The notes: generated from the letters alone by a model not told the origin. Positions 37,780-48,010 are shown, counted from the stretch's first letter. The stretch is DNA of 64,000 nucleotides from Patescibacteria group bacterium (GCA_038062015.1 JBBTXZ010000002.1:1266-65265), one strand, 5' to 3'. Numbers and translations are program-made.

Positions 37780-38913
37780 TTAACCTACAAAATCTAGAAT
37801 TTTTTTTGCTCTATTCTCCCAAGTATGATTCTTAACTTTTTCAAAAGCTCTACTACTGATAGATCGGCCTAAATTTTCATTATTAAGAATATTTTTAATG
37901 CTTTCAGCTAATTGACTCGAATCGCCTGACTCAAAAAATACCGCACTATTTTCATCTAAAACTTCTCTAAGGGATGGCAAATCAGAAGCAATAATCGGCC
38001 GACCAGAAGCCATATACTCAAAAAGTTTTAAAGGCGAGGTATATAATTCGGATATTTTTTCTTCTTTTTTGTTAGGTAAAACTAAAGCGTCAGCGGCTTT
38101 CAAATAAAAAGGAATATCGCGGTAAGGCTTATGACCTAAAAATAAAATATTCTTTGCCTGATGTTCTTTAATTAAAACTTTAGAATCTTTTATATCTTTA
38201 TCAGTTCCTCCTATAAAAACAAAAAGAAATTCTTTAAGGATTAAGGCTGCTTCAATTAAAGTGTCTACACCCTTCCATTTAAACAAATGGCCAGAGTACG
38301 CCACTATTTTTTTATCCAAGGGAAGATTTAGTTTTTTTCTAGCTTCAGTTTTTGATACATTGATATCGAAATCTTTTAAATCAACAGCATCAAAAGCAAC
38401 CAAAATATTATTGGAATCAAAGCCGATTTTTTGAAATTCATTTTTAATGCCATTGGAAATAGCGATTATTTTTATTTTTCTGTTTTTAAACCTTTTATAT
38501 AAAAAAATCCTCTTTTTTGAAAATTTATGGACTTCAAAAAATAAATTTTCCCTAAAAAAACTCAAAAGATAAAGAGGCAGTTCGTCGCGGGAATAAATTA
38601 TATTGGCTTCATGACTCAAAGCATAAATCGCTAGAATAAAAGCTGAAATTAAATGTTTAATTTGAAAAGCAATCTGATCGAGACGACCAGGCAGATAAAA
38701 ATCCAAAGAAAAAATCTTTTTAAACTCAAAATTTTCTTTTACACCGTAGTATCTAAAAAAGTTTTCTTTTATTTTGCTGATTCGATACGGAGCAACTAAA
38801 CGAACTTTCATTCCGGCATCGCTAAAAACCTCACACATCTTAGAAATCTGTATCCCATAAGCTTTTTCAGTCGGCAGACGGTGATTGGCAAGGTATAGAA
38901 TCTTCAACGTCAA
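37780..38913 (-). CDS. GT4 glycosyltransferase
   Basis: RLPTEKAYGIQI, GHLFKWKG, YTSPLKLFEYMASGRPI. Confidence 0.92.
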   Translation of the reverse strand: MTLKILYLANHRLPTEKAYGIQISKMCEVFSDAGMKVRLVAPYRISKIKENFFRYYGVKENFEFKKIFSLDFYLPGRLDQIAFQIKHLISAFILAIYALSHEANIIYSRDELPLYLLSFFRENLFFEVHKFSKKRIFLYKRFKNRKIKIIAISNGIKNEFQKIGFDSNNILVAFDAVDLKDFDINVSKTEARKKLNLPLDKKIVAYSGHLFKWKGVDTLIEAALILKEFLFVFIGGTDKDIKDSKVLIKEHQAKNILFLGHKPYRDIPFYLKAADALVLPNKKEEKISELYTSPLKLFEYMASGRPIIASDLPSLREVLDENSAVFFESGDSSQLAESIKNILNNENLGRSISSRAFEKVKNHTWENRAKKILDFVG

Positions 38914-38923
38914 TTTCTCTAAA

Positions 38924-39880
38924 TTATTTATTTGTGCTGACTAATCGACCGTCTTGATTAATTGATTTTTCTGCGGCCTCTAAAATTTCAACTACGGCAA
39001 TCCCCTCTTTGACCCCCGTTTTTGGCTTTTCTTTTAATCTAATATTTCTAAAAAACGACCTAAGTTCTAAAGTAAGCGGCGCGCCTTGATCGTATGAAGG
39101 ATGGATTATTTCAGGTTCTTTTCGCAATACCTCTGTTATATTTTTATTTTTCTTAAGCGCCGGGCCCATATTTTCATAAAGAGTGAGCTTCTGTTCTGCC
39201 GTATCATCAAAAATAATACTGCTTTTCTGCCCTATTATTGTGAGCCGTTTTCTTTTTTCAGGGAAAAGCCAGGAATTAAAAATGAAGCCCGCTGTTCCAT
39301 TAGAAAAACTAAGTTTTATATAGACAGTATCGTGAAGTTTTGTATTTGACCGCAGGGACGAAACACCCCAGGCCTGAACAGAAATCGGCCTGCTATCTAT
39401 AAGATCAAGCATCATGGCAATATCATGCGGCGCCCAGTCCCACATTGCCGATATATCGTTGCGATAAGGCCCGTTACTGGATCCCTCGCCGTATAGAAAA
39501 CGAACAGGCCCAATTTTTTTGACCAGTTCTTTTACCTTTTTGTAAGCCGGATTATAAAGATGGATGTGTCCGACAAAAACCAAACTCCAGCTTTTTTGGG
39601 CGGCTGCCTCAAGCCGTTTTGCGTCAGCAAGATTCGTGGTCATTGGTTTTTCAATAAAAACCGGCAGGCCTTGCTTTATAAAAGGCAGAGCAACCCGGGC
39701 GTGGGTGGAGGCCGGAGTAGCGACAATGATCGCATCAATATCTTTCTTTAGAATGAGTTTCTGGTAATTATGAGTTTCAATATAAGCCAAAACTGCCTCT
39801 GGCAGTTTTTCAAGCGCTGCAATGATTTTTTGACCCCATAGCCCTTTTCCTATGACAGCGGTTCTGTATGATTTTTTCAT
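38924..39880 (-). CDS. Gfo/Idh/MocA oxidoreductase
   Basis: GKGLWG, IVATPASTH, IEKPM, VGHIHLYNP, WDWAPHD; likely start MKKSY. Confidence 0.9.
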   Translation of the reverse strand: MKKSYRTAVIGKGLWGQKIIAALEKLPEAVLAYIETHNYQKLILKKDIDAIIVATPASTHARVALPFIKQGLPVFIEKPMTTNLADAKRLEAAAQKSWSLVFVGHIHLYNPAYKKVKELVKKIGPVRFLYGEGSSNGPYRNDISAMWDWAPHDIAMMLDLIDSRPISVQAWGVSSLRSNTKLHDTVYIKLSFSNGTAGFIFNSWLFPEKRKRLTIIGQKSSIIFDDTAEQKLTLYENMGPALKKNKNITEVLRKEPEIIHPSYDQGAPLTLELRSFFRNIRLKEKPKTGVKEGIAVVEILEAAEKSINQDGRLVSTNK

Positions 39881-39900
39881 AGTGCGGCAAAGATTATAAA

Positions 39901-40980
39901 CTAAATAACGCCGGCCAGATAGTGCGGGTCGTTTCTGCACCACGATATAAATCGTGAGATGCCTTCTTGAAGAGAGGTTTGAGGCACAAAATTAAGATGT
40001 TCTTTCGCTTTTGAAATATCAGGACAGCGCCGCATCGGTTCGCCAGCCGGATAACTTTCGGGATAAGGAATTAAATTGTATGACGCGCCGTTGCCTTCCA
40101 GTGATACTACTAATTGAGCAAGATCCTTCATTGAAATTTCATTTGCGTCGTTGCCGATATTGTAGGCCTCGCCCGCTTGACCTTTTGCAAGAACTCTAAG
40201 AAAGCCATCGATAGCATCGGTAATATAACAAAATGTGCGCGTCTGGAGTCCATCGCCGTGCACGGGTATAGGTTTTCTATTTAAAACCATATAAGTGAAC
40301 ATAGGCAGTACCCGGCGATCATTATGAGACATACCCGGGCCAAACACATTAAATGGGCGCACGATTTTTGTCGGCAAGCCAAACTGTTCATTATAAATTA
40401 TAGCCAGGGTCTCGCCTAATCGTTTTGATTCGTCATAACAAGCGCGGGGACCGACAGAAGAAACAAACCCGTGGTATGTTTCAGGCGTCGGAACTGCGGC
40501 TGGATCCGGATCGCCGTAAATTTCGCTGGAGCTGAAAAAAAGAAACCCTTCTAGATTTTTATTTTTTCGTCCAAGATCGAGCAGATTTTTCGCCCCGGAA
40601 ACGGCGCTCTCAATAGTTTCGAGAGGATATTTCTTATAATAAACCGGCGAAGCAAGCCCGGCGGCGTGAATTATATAATGAATGTCTTCCCGCACCGGCA
40701 AAGGATGTATAACATCAGCCCAGACTTCAAGAACATCGGACCGGTCTCGATAGTTAAAATGAGGGTGGCGCTGACCGGTAATATAATTATCAGCTGAAAT
40801 TATCCGGCAAGGCCGGGAAAATACAGTATCGTTCAAATCGCATAAAGCGCCTACGATATATTTACCCAAAAAACCGGCGCCGCCGCTGATTAAAATAGTT
40901 TTGCCTTCAAAATTTTTTGCCGTTTCGCCTAATTTTTTGGTAATAGCGGCTATATCTTCTCTAACTATCTCCTCGTACAT
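39901..40980 (-). CDS. UDP-glucuronate-decarboxylase-like NAD-dependent epimerase/dehydratase
   Basis: GGAGFLG, HAAGLASP, SSSEIYGDP, RACYDESKR, TRTFCY. Confidence 0.85.
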   Translation of the reverse strand: MYEEIVREDIAAITKKLGETAKNFEGKTILISGGAGFLGKYIVGALCDLNDTVFSRPCRIISADNYITGQRHPHFNYRDRSDVLEVWADVIHPLPVREDIHYIIHAAGLASPVYYKKYPLETIESAVSGAKNLLDLGRKNKNLEGFLFFSSSEIYGDPDPAAVPTPETYHGFVSSVGPRACYDESKRLGETLAIIYNEQFGLPTKIVRPFNVFGPGMSHNDRRVLPMFTYMVLNRKPIPVHGDGLQTRTFCYITDAIDGFLRVLAKGQAGEAYNIGNDANEISMKDLAQLVVSLEGNGASYNLIPYPESYPAGEPMRRCPDISKAKEHLNFVPQTSLQEGISRFISWCRNDPHYLAGVI

Positions 40981-40993
40981 AGAATTTATATTA

Positions 40994-42175
40994 TCACACT
41001 ACTTCTCTCGGTGGAATAGGGATTAAGTATCTATAAGAATTATTTGTTTTTTTCTTTATATCATCTAAGTACTCATAAGCAAACACCACTAAAATATCAG
41101 GCTTATGTTCATCTAAATAAGTTTTAGGAACAATCGGGATATGAGTTCCGGGGCTAAAACGATTCTGCTTCAGGGGACTGTCATCAATAATAAACTCAAT
41201 GAGCGACGAATCTATATTCCCGTAATTACAAATAGTGGCGACCCGGGCTGGCGCGCTATAACCGGCCACCTTGAGGCCGGCTTTTTTATATTCATTTAAT
41301 TTTTCACGAAAAGCAGAAATGTAAGAGTAAACTTTTTGTTTAAAGTCTTCTAATTTCAAACTATTTAAAGTAGTTTCTTCTTCGTCAAGAAGATTTTTAA
41401 CGGCGTCTGATATTAAGAAATCTGATCCGTTTTTACGGACAAAAATCCTGAGAGAACCGCCGTGAGGCTCTATTTTTTCCACATCAGATATATACATACC
41501 ATGTCCAGCAAATAATTTTGAAAGTGAAGTCAGCGAATAGTAAAATATTCTGTCCAAATAAAATCTTTCAAATTGAATATCAACTAAAATATTACCGATG
41601 TACTCGACCTCCAGTATAAAAACACCATCATCAGCCATAACTTTTTTTATATCTTCAATAAACTGATGAGGATTCTCTACATGAGTAAAAATACTGCTTG
41701 CCACGACTATGTCCGGACTTTCAAAATCTTTTTTTATCTTTTCTGACGTTTCCGAGTTAAAAAACGAAGTCAGCGTTGTTAATCCATAATCATTGGCTAT
41801 TTTTGAAACATTAATAGATGGATCAACGCCAACAGCTTTTACTCCTAATTGTTTTAAAGGTTTTAATAGTATACCGTCATTAGAACCGACATCAACCACA
41901 AACCGGGCCGAAATAAGCTTCTTGGCTAAATCTTCGAAATGCCTTACCAAACCGGGATTCACTGAAGAAAGATAATAATAATCTTCAAACATCCTTTCGC
42001 GGGAAATCATTTTCCCAAGCTGAACATTTTTGCAGTTTTTACAGAAAAATATCTGAAGCGGAAAAAAATCTTCTGTCTCAAAATTCTCTTTCTTGGGATA
42101 CTTATTCGCCAAAGGCTGACTCCCGAGATCAAGAAACAAAAAAATGTCCGAATGATTGCACAAATGGCATTTCAT
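40994..42175 (-). CDS. NDP-sugar C-methyltransferase with Zn-binding N-terminus
   Basis: CHLC..LDLGSQPLAN..CKNC, DVGSNDG, HGGSLR, DDSPLKQNRFSPGTHIPI, PIP; note DRIFYYS where the family usually has EH. Confidence 0.88.
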   Translation of the reverse strand: MKCHLCNHSDIFLFLDLGSQPLANKYPKKENFETEDFFPLQIFFCKNCKNVQLGKMISRERMFEDYYYLSSVNPGLVRHFEDLAKKLISARFVVDVGSNDGILLKPLKQLGVKAVGVDPSINVSKIANDYGLTTLTSFFNSETSEKIKKDFESPDIVVASSIFTHVENPHQFIEDIKKVMADDGVFILEVEYIGNILVDIQFERFYLDRIFYYSLTSLSKLFAGHGMYISDVEKIEPHGGSLRIFVRKNGSDFLISDAVKNLLDEEETTLNSLKLEDFKQKVYSYISAFREKLNEYKKAGLKVAGYSAPARVATICNYGNIDSSLIEFIIDDSPLKQNRFSPGTHIPIVPKTYLDEHKPDILVVFAYEYLDDIKKKTNNSYRYLIPIPPREVV

Positions 42176-42196
42176 AGTAAGAATAATATCTTCGTT

Positions 42197-42724
42197 TTAG
42201 GGACTTTTCAAGGGGATATTATTAACAATTTCCCATTGATCAACGGCCCCAAAAGCCCGGCAAAGACAGATTGAGTTAACTGTAAAGCTTAGGGATTTAA
42301 TCGTTGAAGAATTAAATAAACGTATAGCTTTGTCTTTTAAACTATCACTGATACTCCCATATACCACACTCATATGGGGATTATAAGCATACTTTTTGTT
42401 AAAAAGTTTTTGAGCAAGATTATTTGTCCCCATAAGTCCTTTTGATTTTCTGCATCTCAAAAAAATAGATTTGTAAAATTCGTATGACTTAACCGGATTT
42501 ATAAAGGTAATCTTGAAAGGAGCAGTTTCCCGGGCGATTTGCTTCATTATCTTTATTATCTTTTCGGGTTTAAACTTAACGTCATTAATCAAAGTTACAT
42601 GGGGCTTAAAAGAAATAGTGTTGGTTTGTTTATTTACATTATTTAAAAAACCGGCCATAAATTCCAGTTTTTTATTATCAGGAACCAACCATAAAGAATA
42701 TTCTTTTAATGAATTATCCTTCAT
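42197..42724 (-). CDS. 2H phosphoesterase (cyclic phosphodiesterase-like)
   Basis: YSLWLVP, PHVTL and PHMSVVYG (two HxT/S motifs). Confidence 0.85.
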   Translation of the reverse strand: MKDNSLKEYSLWLVPDNKKLEFMAGFLNNVNKQTNTISFKPHVTLINDVKFKPEKIIKIMKQIARETAPFKITFINPVKSYEFYKSIFLRCRKSKGLMGTNNLAQKLFNKKYAYNPHMSVVYGSISDSLKDKAIRLFNSSTIKSLSFTVNSICLCRAFGAVDQWEIVNNIPLKSP

Positions 42725-43566
42725 TAATTTTTCTTTAGTATATCTTTGAATACCAGCCGCAGGCGTTTTCTAAGTTCCGGATGACGAAGAGCAAAGATAA
42801 GTTCTGTTTTAATAAGATCAGCCTTATTCCCGGTATCAAAATGTCTATTTTTGCAAGTATAAGCGCATAGTTTATAATCTTTGGCGTAATCACGAAGAGC
42901 ATTAGCCAGCTTAACTTCTTCATTTGGCCCTCTTTCTTTTAAGAGTTTCCCAAGATAACCAAAGATCTTTGGCGTGAGAATATACTTTCCGGTCATAGCG
43001 TATTCGCTGGGCGCTTCTTTGGGCTCTGGTTTTTCGATTATTGACTTTAAAAAATGAATCCTGCCATCGCTTTTTTCTGGATCAATTATGCCATACTGTC
43101 TGCTTTTGCTGCGGTCAATTTTTTCAACTGAAATAACCGGAATTTTATTTTTCAAATAAATATTTTTCAATTCGCCGATAAGCGAAGTCCCAGGAAAGGA
43201 AATAAGATCACCCATCGTCACCGCGAATGCTTTTTCCCGTTTGAGAATATTCCTAGCTTCAAAAAGGCACTGGCCATCACCTAAGCGCTGGTCAGTTTCT
43301 AAAAATCTAAGGTTAATATTAGAAAACTCTTTTAATAATTCTCTAGCTCCTTTGCTTTTCAAAAAATTCCTCAAGTCTTTTCTCTCAACATGGGTGATAA
43401 AAATAACATTATGAATGCCAGCCTCATAAGCTTCTTTAATCAAATAATAAATGATTGGTTTATCAACCAACCTTAATAATTCTTTAGGCGTAACATAGGT
43501 TATAGGCCGCAATCTTGTTCCAGCTCCGGCAACGGGAATAACAATTGTATTAACAGCATCTTTCAT
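42724..43566 (-). CDS. galU: UTP--glucose-1-phosphate uridylyltransferase family
   Basis: IPVAGAGTRLRPIT..PKELL..VDKP, GD, YGII, IEKP, GKYILTP, FDTGNK. Confidence 0.8.
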   Translation of the reverse strand: MKDAVNTIVIPVAGAGTRLRPITYVTPKELLRLVDKPIIYYLIKEAYEAGIHNVIFITHVERKDLRNFLKSKGARELLKEFSNINLRFLETDQRLGDGQCLFEARNILKREKAFAVTMGDLISFPGTSLIGELKNIYLKNKIPVISVEKIDRSKSRQYGIIDPEKSDGRIHFLKSIIEKPEPKEAPSEYAMTGKYILTPKIFGYLGKLLKERGPNEEVKLANALRDYAKDYKLCAYTCKNRHFDTGNKADLIKTELIFALRHPELRKRLRLVFKDILKKN

Positions 43567-43594
43567 AGTCTTAATAAATTACACTAATTTTATT

Positions 43595-43625
43595 AAAAAA
43601 GGAAGCGGGACGATTGTCCCGCTTC
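43595..43625 (-). terminator. intrinsic terminator of cupin/IMPase pair
   Basis: GAAGCGGGAC/GTCCCGCTTC 10-bp stem with T-tract on the minus strand. Confidence 0.85.
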
Positions 43626-43639
43626 TAGCGAAAGGTTCT

Positions 43640-44017
43640 TCACTTTCCGATGACTTGACTTGCGTCCGGGTGCGACGGCCAGCGAATCGTATCGCCGAAT
43701 GCCGGCACTTCTTTCACGATGACCCGCTTCTTGGTTCCGGGCGGAAGTATGATAAATTCATGCCTATCCCCCCTCAACGTAATCTCCAACTTCTCACCAT
43801 TTGGCAGCTCTAACTCAAATCTGAGCACGCCTCCATAGATGGTGATGAACTCGACACCAGCAAAGGTTTTCTGATCGTAATCAAAAGGTTTGTCGTAATG
43901 CCAAAGCTTGATTTCGAGATCGGCACTATGTGCTAAACCCTCTTGCATATGACCAACAGCCCAACCATTTGTGCAAGACGAGTTTATCTGTTGAGCGTTT
44001 CCGGTGATGATTTCCAA
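43640..44017 (-). CDS. small cupin-like protein
   Basis: GWAVGH, LEIKLW, GEK..L....EFIILPPG, RWPS; AGGAGG before TTG. Confidence 0.65.
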   Translation of the reverse strand: MEIITGNAQQINSSCTNGWAVGHMQEGLAHSADLEIKLWHYDKPFDYDQKTFAGVEFITIYGGVLRFELELPNGEKLEITLRGDRHEFIILPPGTKKRVIVKEVPAFGDTIRWPSHPDASQVIGK

Positions 44018-44028
44018 GACTTCCTCCT

Positions 44029-44847
44029 TTATGGCAACCTACCGGGCCAATGATGGGTATATTCCAAAACCAAATCGGCAAGTCCCTGATTTACCGCCAA
44101 AACCCAATCGCAGTTGACGTTATCCCACCGAAGCGGATTACCGTAGGGATCACAGGCAACCCCTCCGGCTTCTTGAACCGCGAGAGCCATTGCGGCGGCA
44201 TCCCAGATTTTGGCGATTCCGAGATTATAGTAAACGCCGGTCTGACCCAAAAGAACCCTGCGGCCGCCTTCCACCGCGGCCATTGCACTCAACATGTTGA
44301 AACGCTGCGACAGAGGTTTCAACACCAGATCGAAAACTTTCTGTTTGTGACTCCACGAACCAACGTCTGTTCCGATCTGGGTCTTATCCATCACGCCGTG
44401 CCAATATATCTCTATCGGCATTGGCACCCGGCAGCCAGATGTCAAAACCCAACAACCCTTATCTTTCTCGGCAGTAATAAGCATATTACGAACCGGGAAA
44501 TAAGTGGCTGAACAGACTGTCTGGCCAGTCCGCAGAGTGCAGGCAGTCACGCCGAATTCATCCAAACCGTTGAAGAAATTCGTCGTGCCGTCAAGCGGAT
44601 CGAAAACAGTGCAGTCAGGTGGTATTTCTCTGGCATTCTCCTGTTCTTCGGCAACAATCGTTTCTGCCGGCATGGCCCGGCTGAAAATTGAGAGTCCCTT
44701 TTTTAAAGACTCTCGGTCAGCTGTCGTGGAAAAGTGTTGACCAGGGCTTTCGTTTTTCTCTACAACTCCCTGATCTTCTTCACGCAGAGAAATCACCAGT
44801 TCTCCGCAAGCCAAAACGACCTCTCTAAGCACATCAAGTATCGCCAT
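44029..44847 (-). CDS. inositol monophosphatase family protein
   Basis: TTAD, AEE, DPLDGTTNF, WDAAA, VQEAGG; GAGGTG precedes ATG 44847. Confidence 0.9.
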   Translation of the reverse strand: MAILDVLREVVLACGELVISLREEDQGVVEKNESPGQHFSTTADRESLKKGLSIFSRAMPAETIVAEEQENAREIPPDCTVFDPLDGTTNFFNGLDEFGVTACTLRTGQTVCSATYFPVRNMLITAEKDKGCWVLTSGCRVPMPIEIYWHGVMDKTQIGTDVGSWSHKQKVFDLVLKPLSQRFNMLSAMAAVEGGRRVLLGQTGVYYNLGIAKIWDAAAMALAVQEAGGVACDPYGNPLRWDNVNCDWVLAVNQGLADLVLEYTHHWPGRLP

Positions 44848-44891
44848 ACGACACCTCAATTCAGTCCAGTCGGCGTAAAAGACTTGTCAGT

Positions 44892-44920
44892 AAAGTACAC
44901 GATGATGCTTATTTTGTCAA
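44892..44920 (-). promoter_or_regulatory. sigma70-type promoter
   Basis: TTGACA-N17-TACTTT on the minus strand, upstream of the IMPase. Confidence 0.6.
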
Positions 44921-44924
44921 TGTC

Positions 44925-46181
44925 TTACTTTTTCAAACTATGGAAAAAATCCCAGAGTTTTTGGGCCACTGATTCGTGGCTAAAGTTGGCAATCATAAAT
45001 TCACGGGCCGCTTTACCTAGGCGCTCACGCAAATTTTTATCTTTTCCTAATTTTAACATCGGATCATAAACACCCTGAACATCATAAGGCGGTCCAACCA
45101 AAAAACCTGTTTCGCCGTCTTTAACCACTTCGTCCATAGAACCGGAACGGGTAGTTATAACCGGGAGCTCCATTAAAGACGCTTCCATCGTGGCGTAGCC
45201 TAATTGGTCTTCCCAACCTTTGTGAGGTAAACTGGGATAAACAAAGACGTCAGTTACCGAAAGCAATTCTCTCATTTCCTCATGGTCGATCCACGGAAAC
45301 CGATAGATTCGTTCTCTGAATTGAGAACCATTTATAAGCCCGTTAATCTCTTTTTCATAATCATCTTCACCCGTACCGACAATATACAAAACTGCATTTG
45401 GTATTTCTTTTGCCAAATTATTAAATGCCTTGATAATCAAATGAATGCCTTTTCTAAAACTGATTGAACCGACAAAAGAATAAACGATTTTACCCTCAAG
45501 GTTTTGACCGCGAAACTTTTTTGGAATATTTAATTTTTTGAAAAAATGACCGTTCACACCGCTGGCTGGAATCAAGGGATGGAGCCGCCCGGGAATGAAA
45601 CTATCAATTATCTTCCGGGCTTTCTGATTCCCGCAAATAACCCCGTCGCTGAATAAAAGACTAAATTTCAAAATAAAAAGTTTTATCCGGCCGCGCAATC
45701 CAAAAAGTTTTTCCCGATAATGTATGTTTTCCCAGGTCAAACAAAAGAATTTCGCGCCGTATAGTTTAGTCCAAATTAACTGCCAGGTAGTTGATAAAAG
45801 AGGCGGCTCGCTGCAGGCAAAGACAATGTCAATTTTTTTCTTAAATCCTAAACGCCACAGCCAAAACGGAAAAAACGGCGTTAAGCCTTTTAAAAGCCCG
45901 CCGATCAAAAAATAGTTAGAGTGGTAAAACCAAGTTCGCGCTCCAAAGACATTTTTCTTTTCCGGCGTCCGGTAAACAACTTTTCCACCTTTAATAGGCC
46001 ATTTTGAAGGCAGTAAAAAATAAAGCTCATCGCCATCGGGACTAGCCCCCACACTCATCGAGCGATTACCGCTTTGCGGTCCAGTTTTTAAACTTTCGCT
46101 CGTATGAGTGTGGGGGTAAAAATCAAAAACCTCTAAAATATTCTTTCTAACATAAGGGAAACCAGTAATAAGTATCTTCAT
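44925..46181 (-). CDS. GT4 glycosyltransferase carrying an in-frame miniature element
   Basis: TWEN, GSISFRKG, WEDQLGYATMEA; extra peptide HTHTSESLKTGPQSGNRSMSVGASP near N-terminus. Confidence 0.9.
   Translation of the reverse strand: MKILITGFPYVRKNILEVFDFYPHTHTSESLKTGPQSGNRSMSVGASPDGDELYFLLPSKWPIKGGKVVYRTPEKKNVFGARTWFYHSNYFLIGGLLKGLTPFFPFWLWRLGFKKKIDIVFACSEPPLLSTTWQLIWTKLYGAKFFCLTWENIHYREKLFGLRGRIKLFILKFSLLFSDGVICGNQKARKIIDSFIPGRLHPLIPASGVNGHFFKKLNIPKKFRGQNLEGKIVYSFVGSISFRKGIHLIIKAFNNLAKEIPNAVLYIVGTGEDDYEKEINGLINGSQFRERIYRFPWIDHEEMRELLSVTDVFVYPSLPHKGWEDQLGYATMEASLMELPVITTRSGSMDEVVKDGETGFLVGPPYDVQGVYDPMLKLGKDKNLRERLGKAAREFMIANFSHESVAQKLWDFFHSLKK
46046..46116. mobile_element. miniature inverted-repeat element, copy B (71 bp, in frame)
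   Basis: CCCCCACACTCATCGAGCGA...TCGCTCGTATGAGTGTGGGGG, internal hairpin ACCGC-TTT-GCGGT, right flank TAAA. Confidence 0.8.
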
Positions 46182-46852
46182 TGCTTTTTTGCTTTTACGA
46201 CGAATTGACGGACGAAAAGACTAGGCCACAACTTTAGAATCTTAGTTAGTTTGCCGGGGAAAATAATATGTTTTTCATTGGTAATTGTAAAGCCGCTTTC
46301 GGCTAAAACTTTTTTTAAATAAGGATAGGTAAACCAACGAATATGCCCAAAATCAAACATACCCTCTCTTTCGTATTTGAAAAAGCCAAAAAGGAAGCGA
46401 AAACGGTTGGTCCAGGTAAGAAAATTAGGAGTAGTTAAAATAATCTCTCCGGCCGGCTTTAATACCGCCGAAGATTTTTTTAAAACATAGACTGGATCAA
46501 ATACATGCTCTAAAATTTCAGATAAAATCACCAAATCAAACTTCTGACTCAAAATATCAGCTGACCACTCGCTTTCAACATCAAAAACATAAACTTTATC
46601 AAGCACTTTTTTGGCTTGGGCCGCGGCTGATTCTGAAATTTCAATCCCGGCGACATAATGGCCAAGTTTTTTAATTTCCCGGCCGAGGCGGCCGGAAGCA
46701 CATCCGACTTCAAGAACTCTTTGCTTCGACTTCCTACCCAAAAGTGATAAAATCCTTTTTAGCCGGGTATGGCTGACGCCGTAATTCAAGCTCTTATTCT
46801 CATAGTGAGATTTTTTAGTCAATTGATTCATAAAGTATTCATAATCTAGCAT
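46178..46852 (-). CDS. class I SAM methyltransferase
   Basis: VLEVGCASG, FDLVILSEILEH, LTTPN, GHIRWFT. Confidence 0.9.
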   Translation of the reverse strand: MLDYEYFMNQLTKKSHYENKSLNYGVSHTRLKRILSLLGRKSKQRVLEVGCASGRLGREIKKLGHYVAGIEISESAAAQAKKVLDKVYVFDVESEWSADILSQKFDLVILSEILEHVFDPVYVLKKSSAVLKPAGEIILTTPNFLTWTNRFRFLFGFFKYEREGMFDFGHIRWFTYPYLKKVLAESGFTITNEKHIIFPGKLTKILKLWPSLFVRQFVVKAKKQ

Positions 46853-46899
46853 TATTTAAACATCTTGCAAAATCTTGAAAAAATCGTTATTTTAATTTA

Positions 46900-47934
46900 A
46901 TGCCCAGACAAAATAAGACTAAAACTGCTCTAATTTTTGGGGTCACCGGCCAAGACGGCAGTTATTTAACCGAATTGCTTCTAAAAAAGGGTTATCAAGT
47001 TCATGGAATTATCAGAAGAGCTTCTACTTTTAATACCGGGAGGATTGACCATATTTTCCAGGACCCTCATGAAAAAAACCTGAAGCTCGTCTTGCATTAC
47101 GGCGACTTAGCTGACGGAAACACCATTCGAAAACTTATATATAAAGTCCAGCCTGATGAAATATATAATCTGGGTGCCCAGTCCCATGTCCGGGTTTCTT
47201 TTGATATTCCGGAATACACCGCAAACATTACGGCTCTTGGCGTTTTAAGAATATTGGAAGCAATCAAAGATTTTCAGCAAAACGGCGGCAAAAAAGTTAA
47301 ATTTTATCAAGCCAGCTCAAGTGAGATGTTCGGCTCTGCTCCCCCGCCCCAAAACGAAAGTACGCCTTTTAAACCAGAAAGCCCTTATGGAATCGCTAAA
47401 GTTTTTGGCTATCATGTTACCAAATTATATCGCGAAGCCTATGGCATTTTTGCAGTAAACGGAATTCTTTTTAACCACGAAAGTCCTAGGCGCGGTGAAA
47501 CTTTTGTCACCAGAAAAATTACCCGAGGCATTGCCCGAATTTTAGCCGGCCTTGATAAAAAAATATACTTAGGCAATTTGGAGGCCCGGCGCGACTGGGG
47601 CTATGCACCCGAATATATGGAAGCGGCATACCTCATGATGCAGAAATCAAAGCCGGATGATTACGTCATCGGCACCGGCGAAAGCCATTCGGTTAAAGAA
47701 TTTCTGGAAGAAGCTTTTAGTTTAGTCGGCATTAAAAACTGGAAAAAATATATCGGCATAGATCCGCGCTATTTTAGGCCAAGAGAAGTAACCAGCCTTA
47801 TCGCTGATATAAGTAAAGCAAAAAAAGAACTTGGCTGGAAACCAAAAACAAAATTTAAAGATCTAGTAAGAATAATGCTTAAAGAAGATCTAAAAAAACA
47901 CAACCTCTCTGATATTGCCCGAAAAATCAAATAG
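46900..47934 (+). CDS. gmd: GDP-mannose 4,6-dehydratase
   Basis: [61 protein letters not shown]. Confidence 0.97.
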   Translation: MPRQNKTKTALIFGVTGQDGSYLTELLLKKGYQVHGIIRRASTFNTGRIDHIFQDPHEKNLKLVLHYGDLADGNTIRKLIYKVQPDEIYNLGAQSHVRVSFDIPEYTANITALGVLRILEAIKDFQQNGGKKVKFYQASSSEMFGSAPPPQNESTPFKPESPYGIAKVFGYHVTKLYREAYGIFAVNGILFNHESPRRGETFVTRKITRGIARILAGLDKKIYLGNLEARRDWGYAPEYMEAAYLMMQKSKPDDYVIGTGESHSVKEFLEEAFSLVGIKNWKKYIGIDPRYFRPREVTSLIADISKAKKELGWKPKTKFKDLVRIMLKEDLKKHNLSDIARKIK

Positions 47935-47950
47935 GTATTTTCAAACCAAA

Positions 47951-47989
47951 AAGACGCAGTGAGTATTCCCCTAAAACTCACTGCGTCTT
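47951..47989. terminator. 14-bp-stem hairpin between convergent genes
   Basis: AAGACGCAGTGAGT / ACTCACTGCGTCTT. Confidence 0.85.
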
Positions 47990-48010
47990 CGCTTGCGAAA
48001 GAACTAAGGG

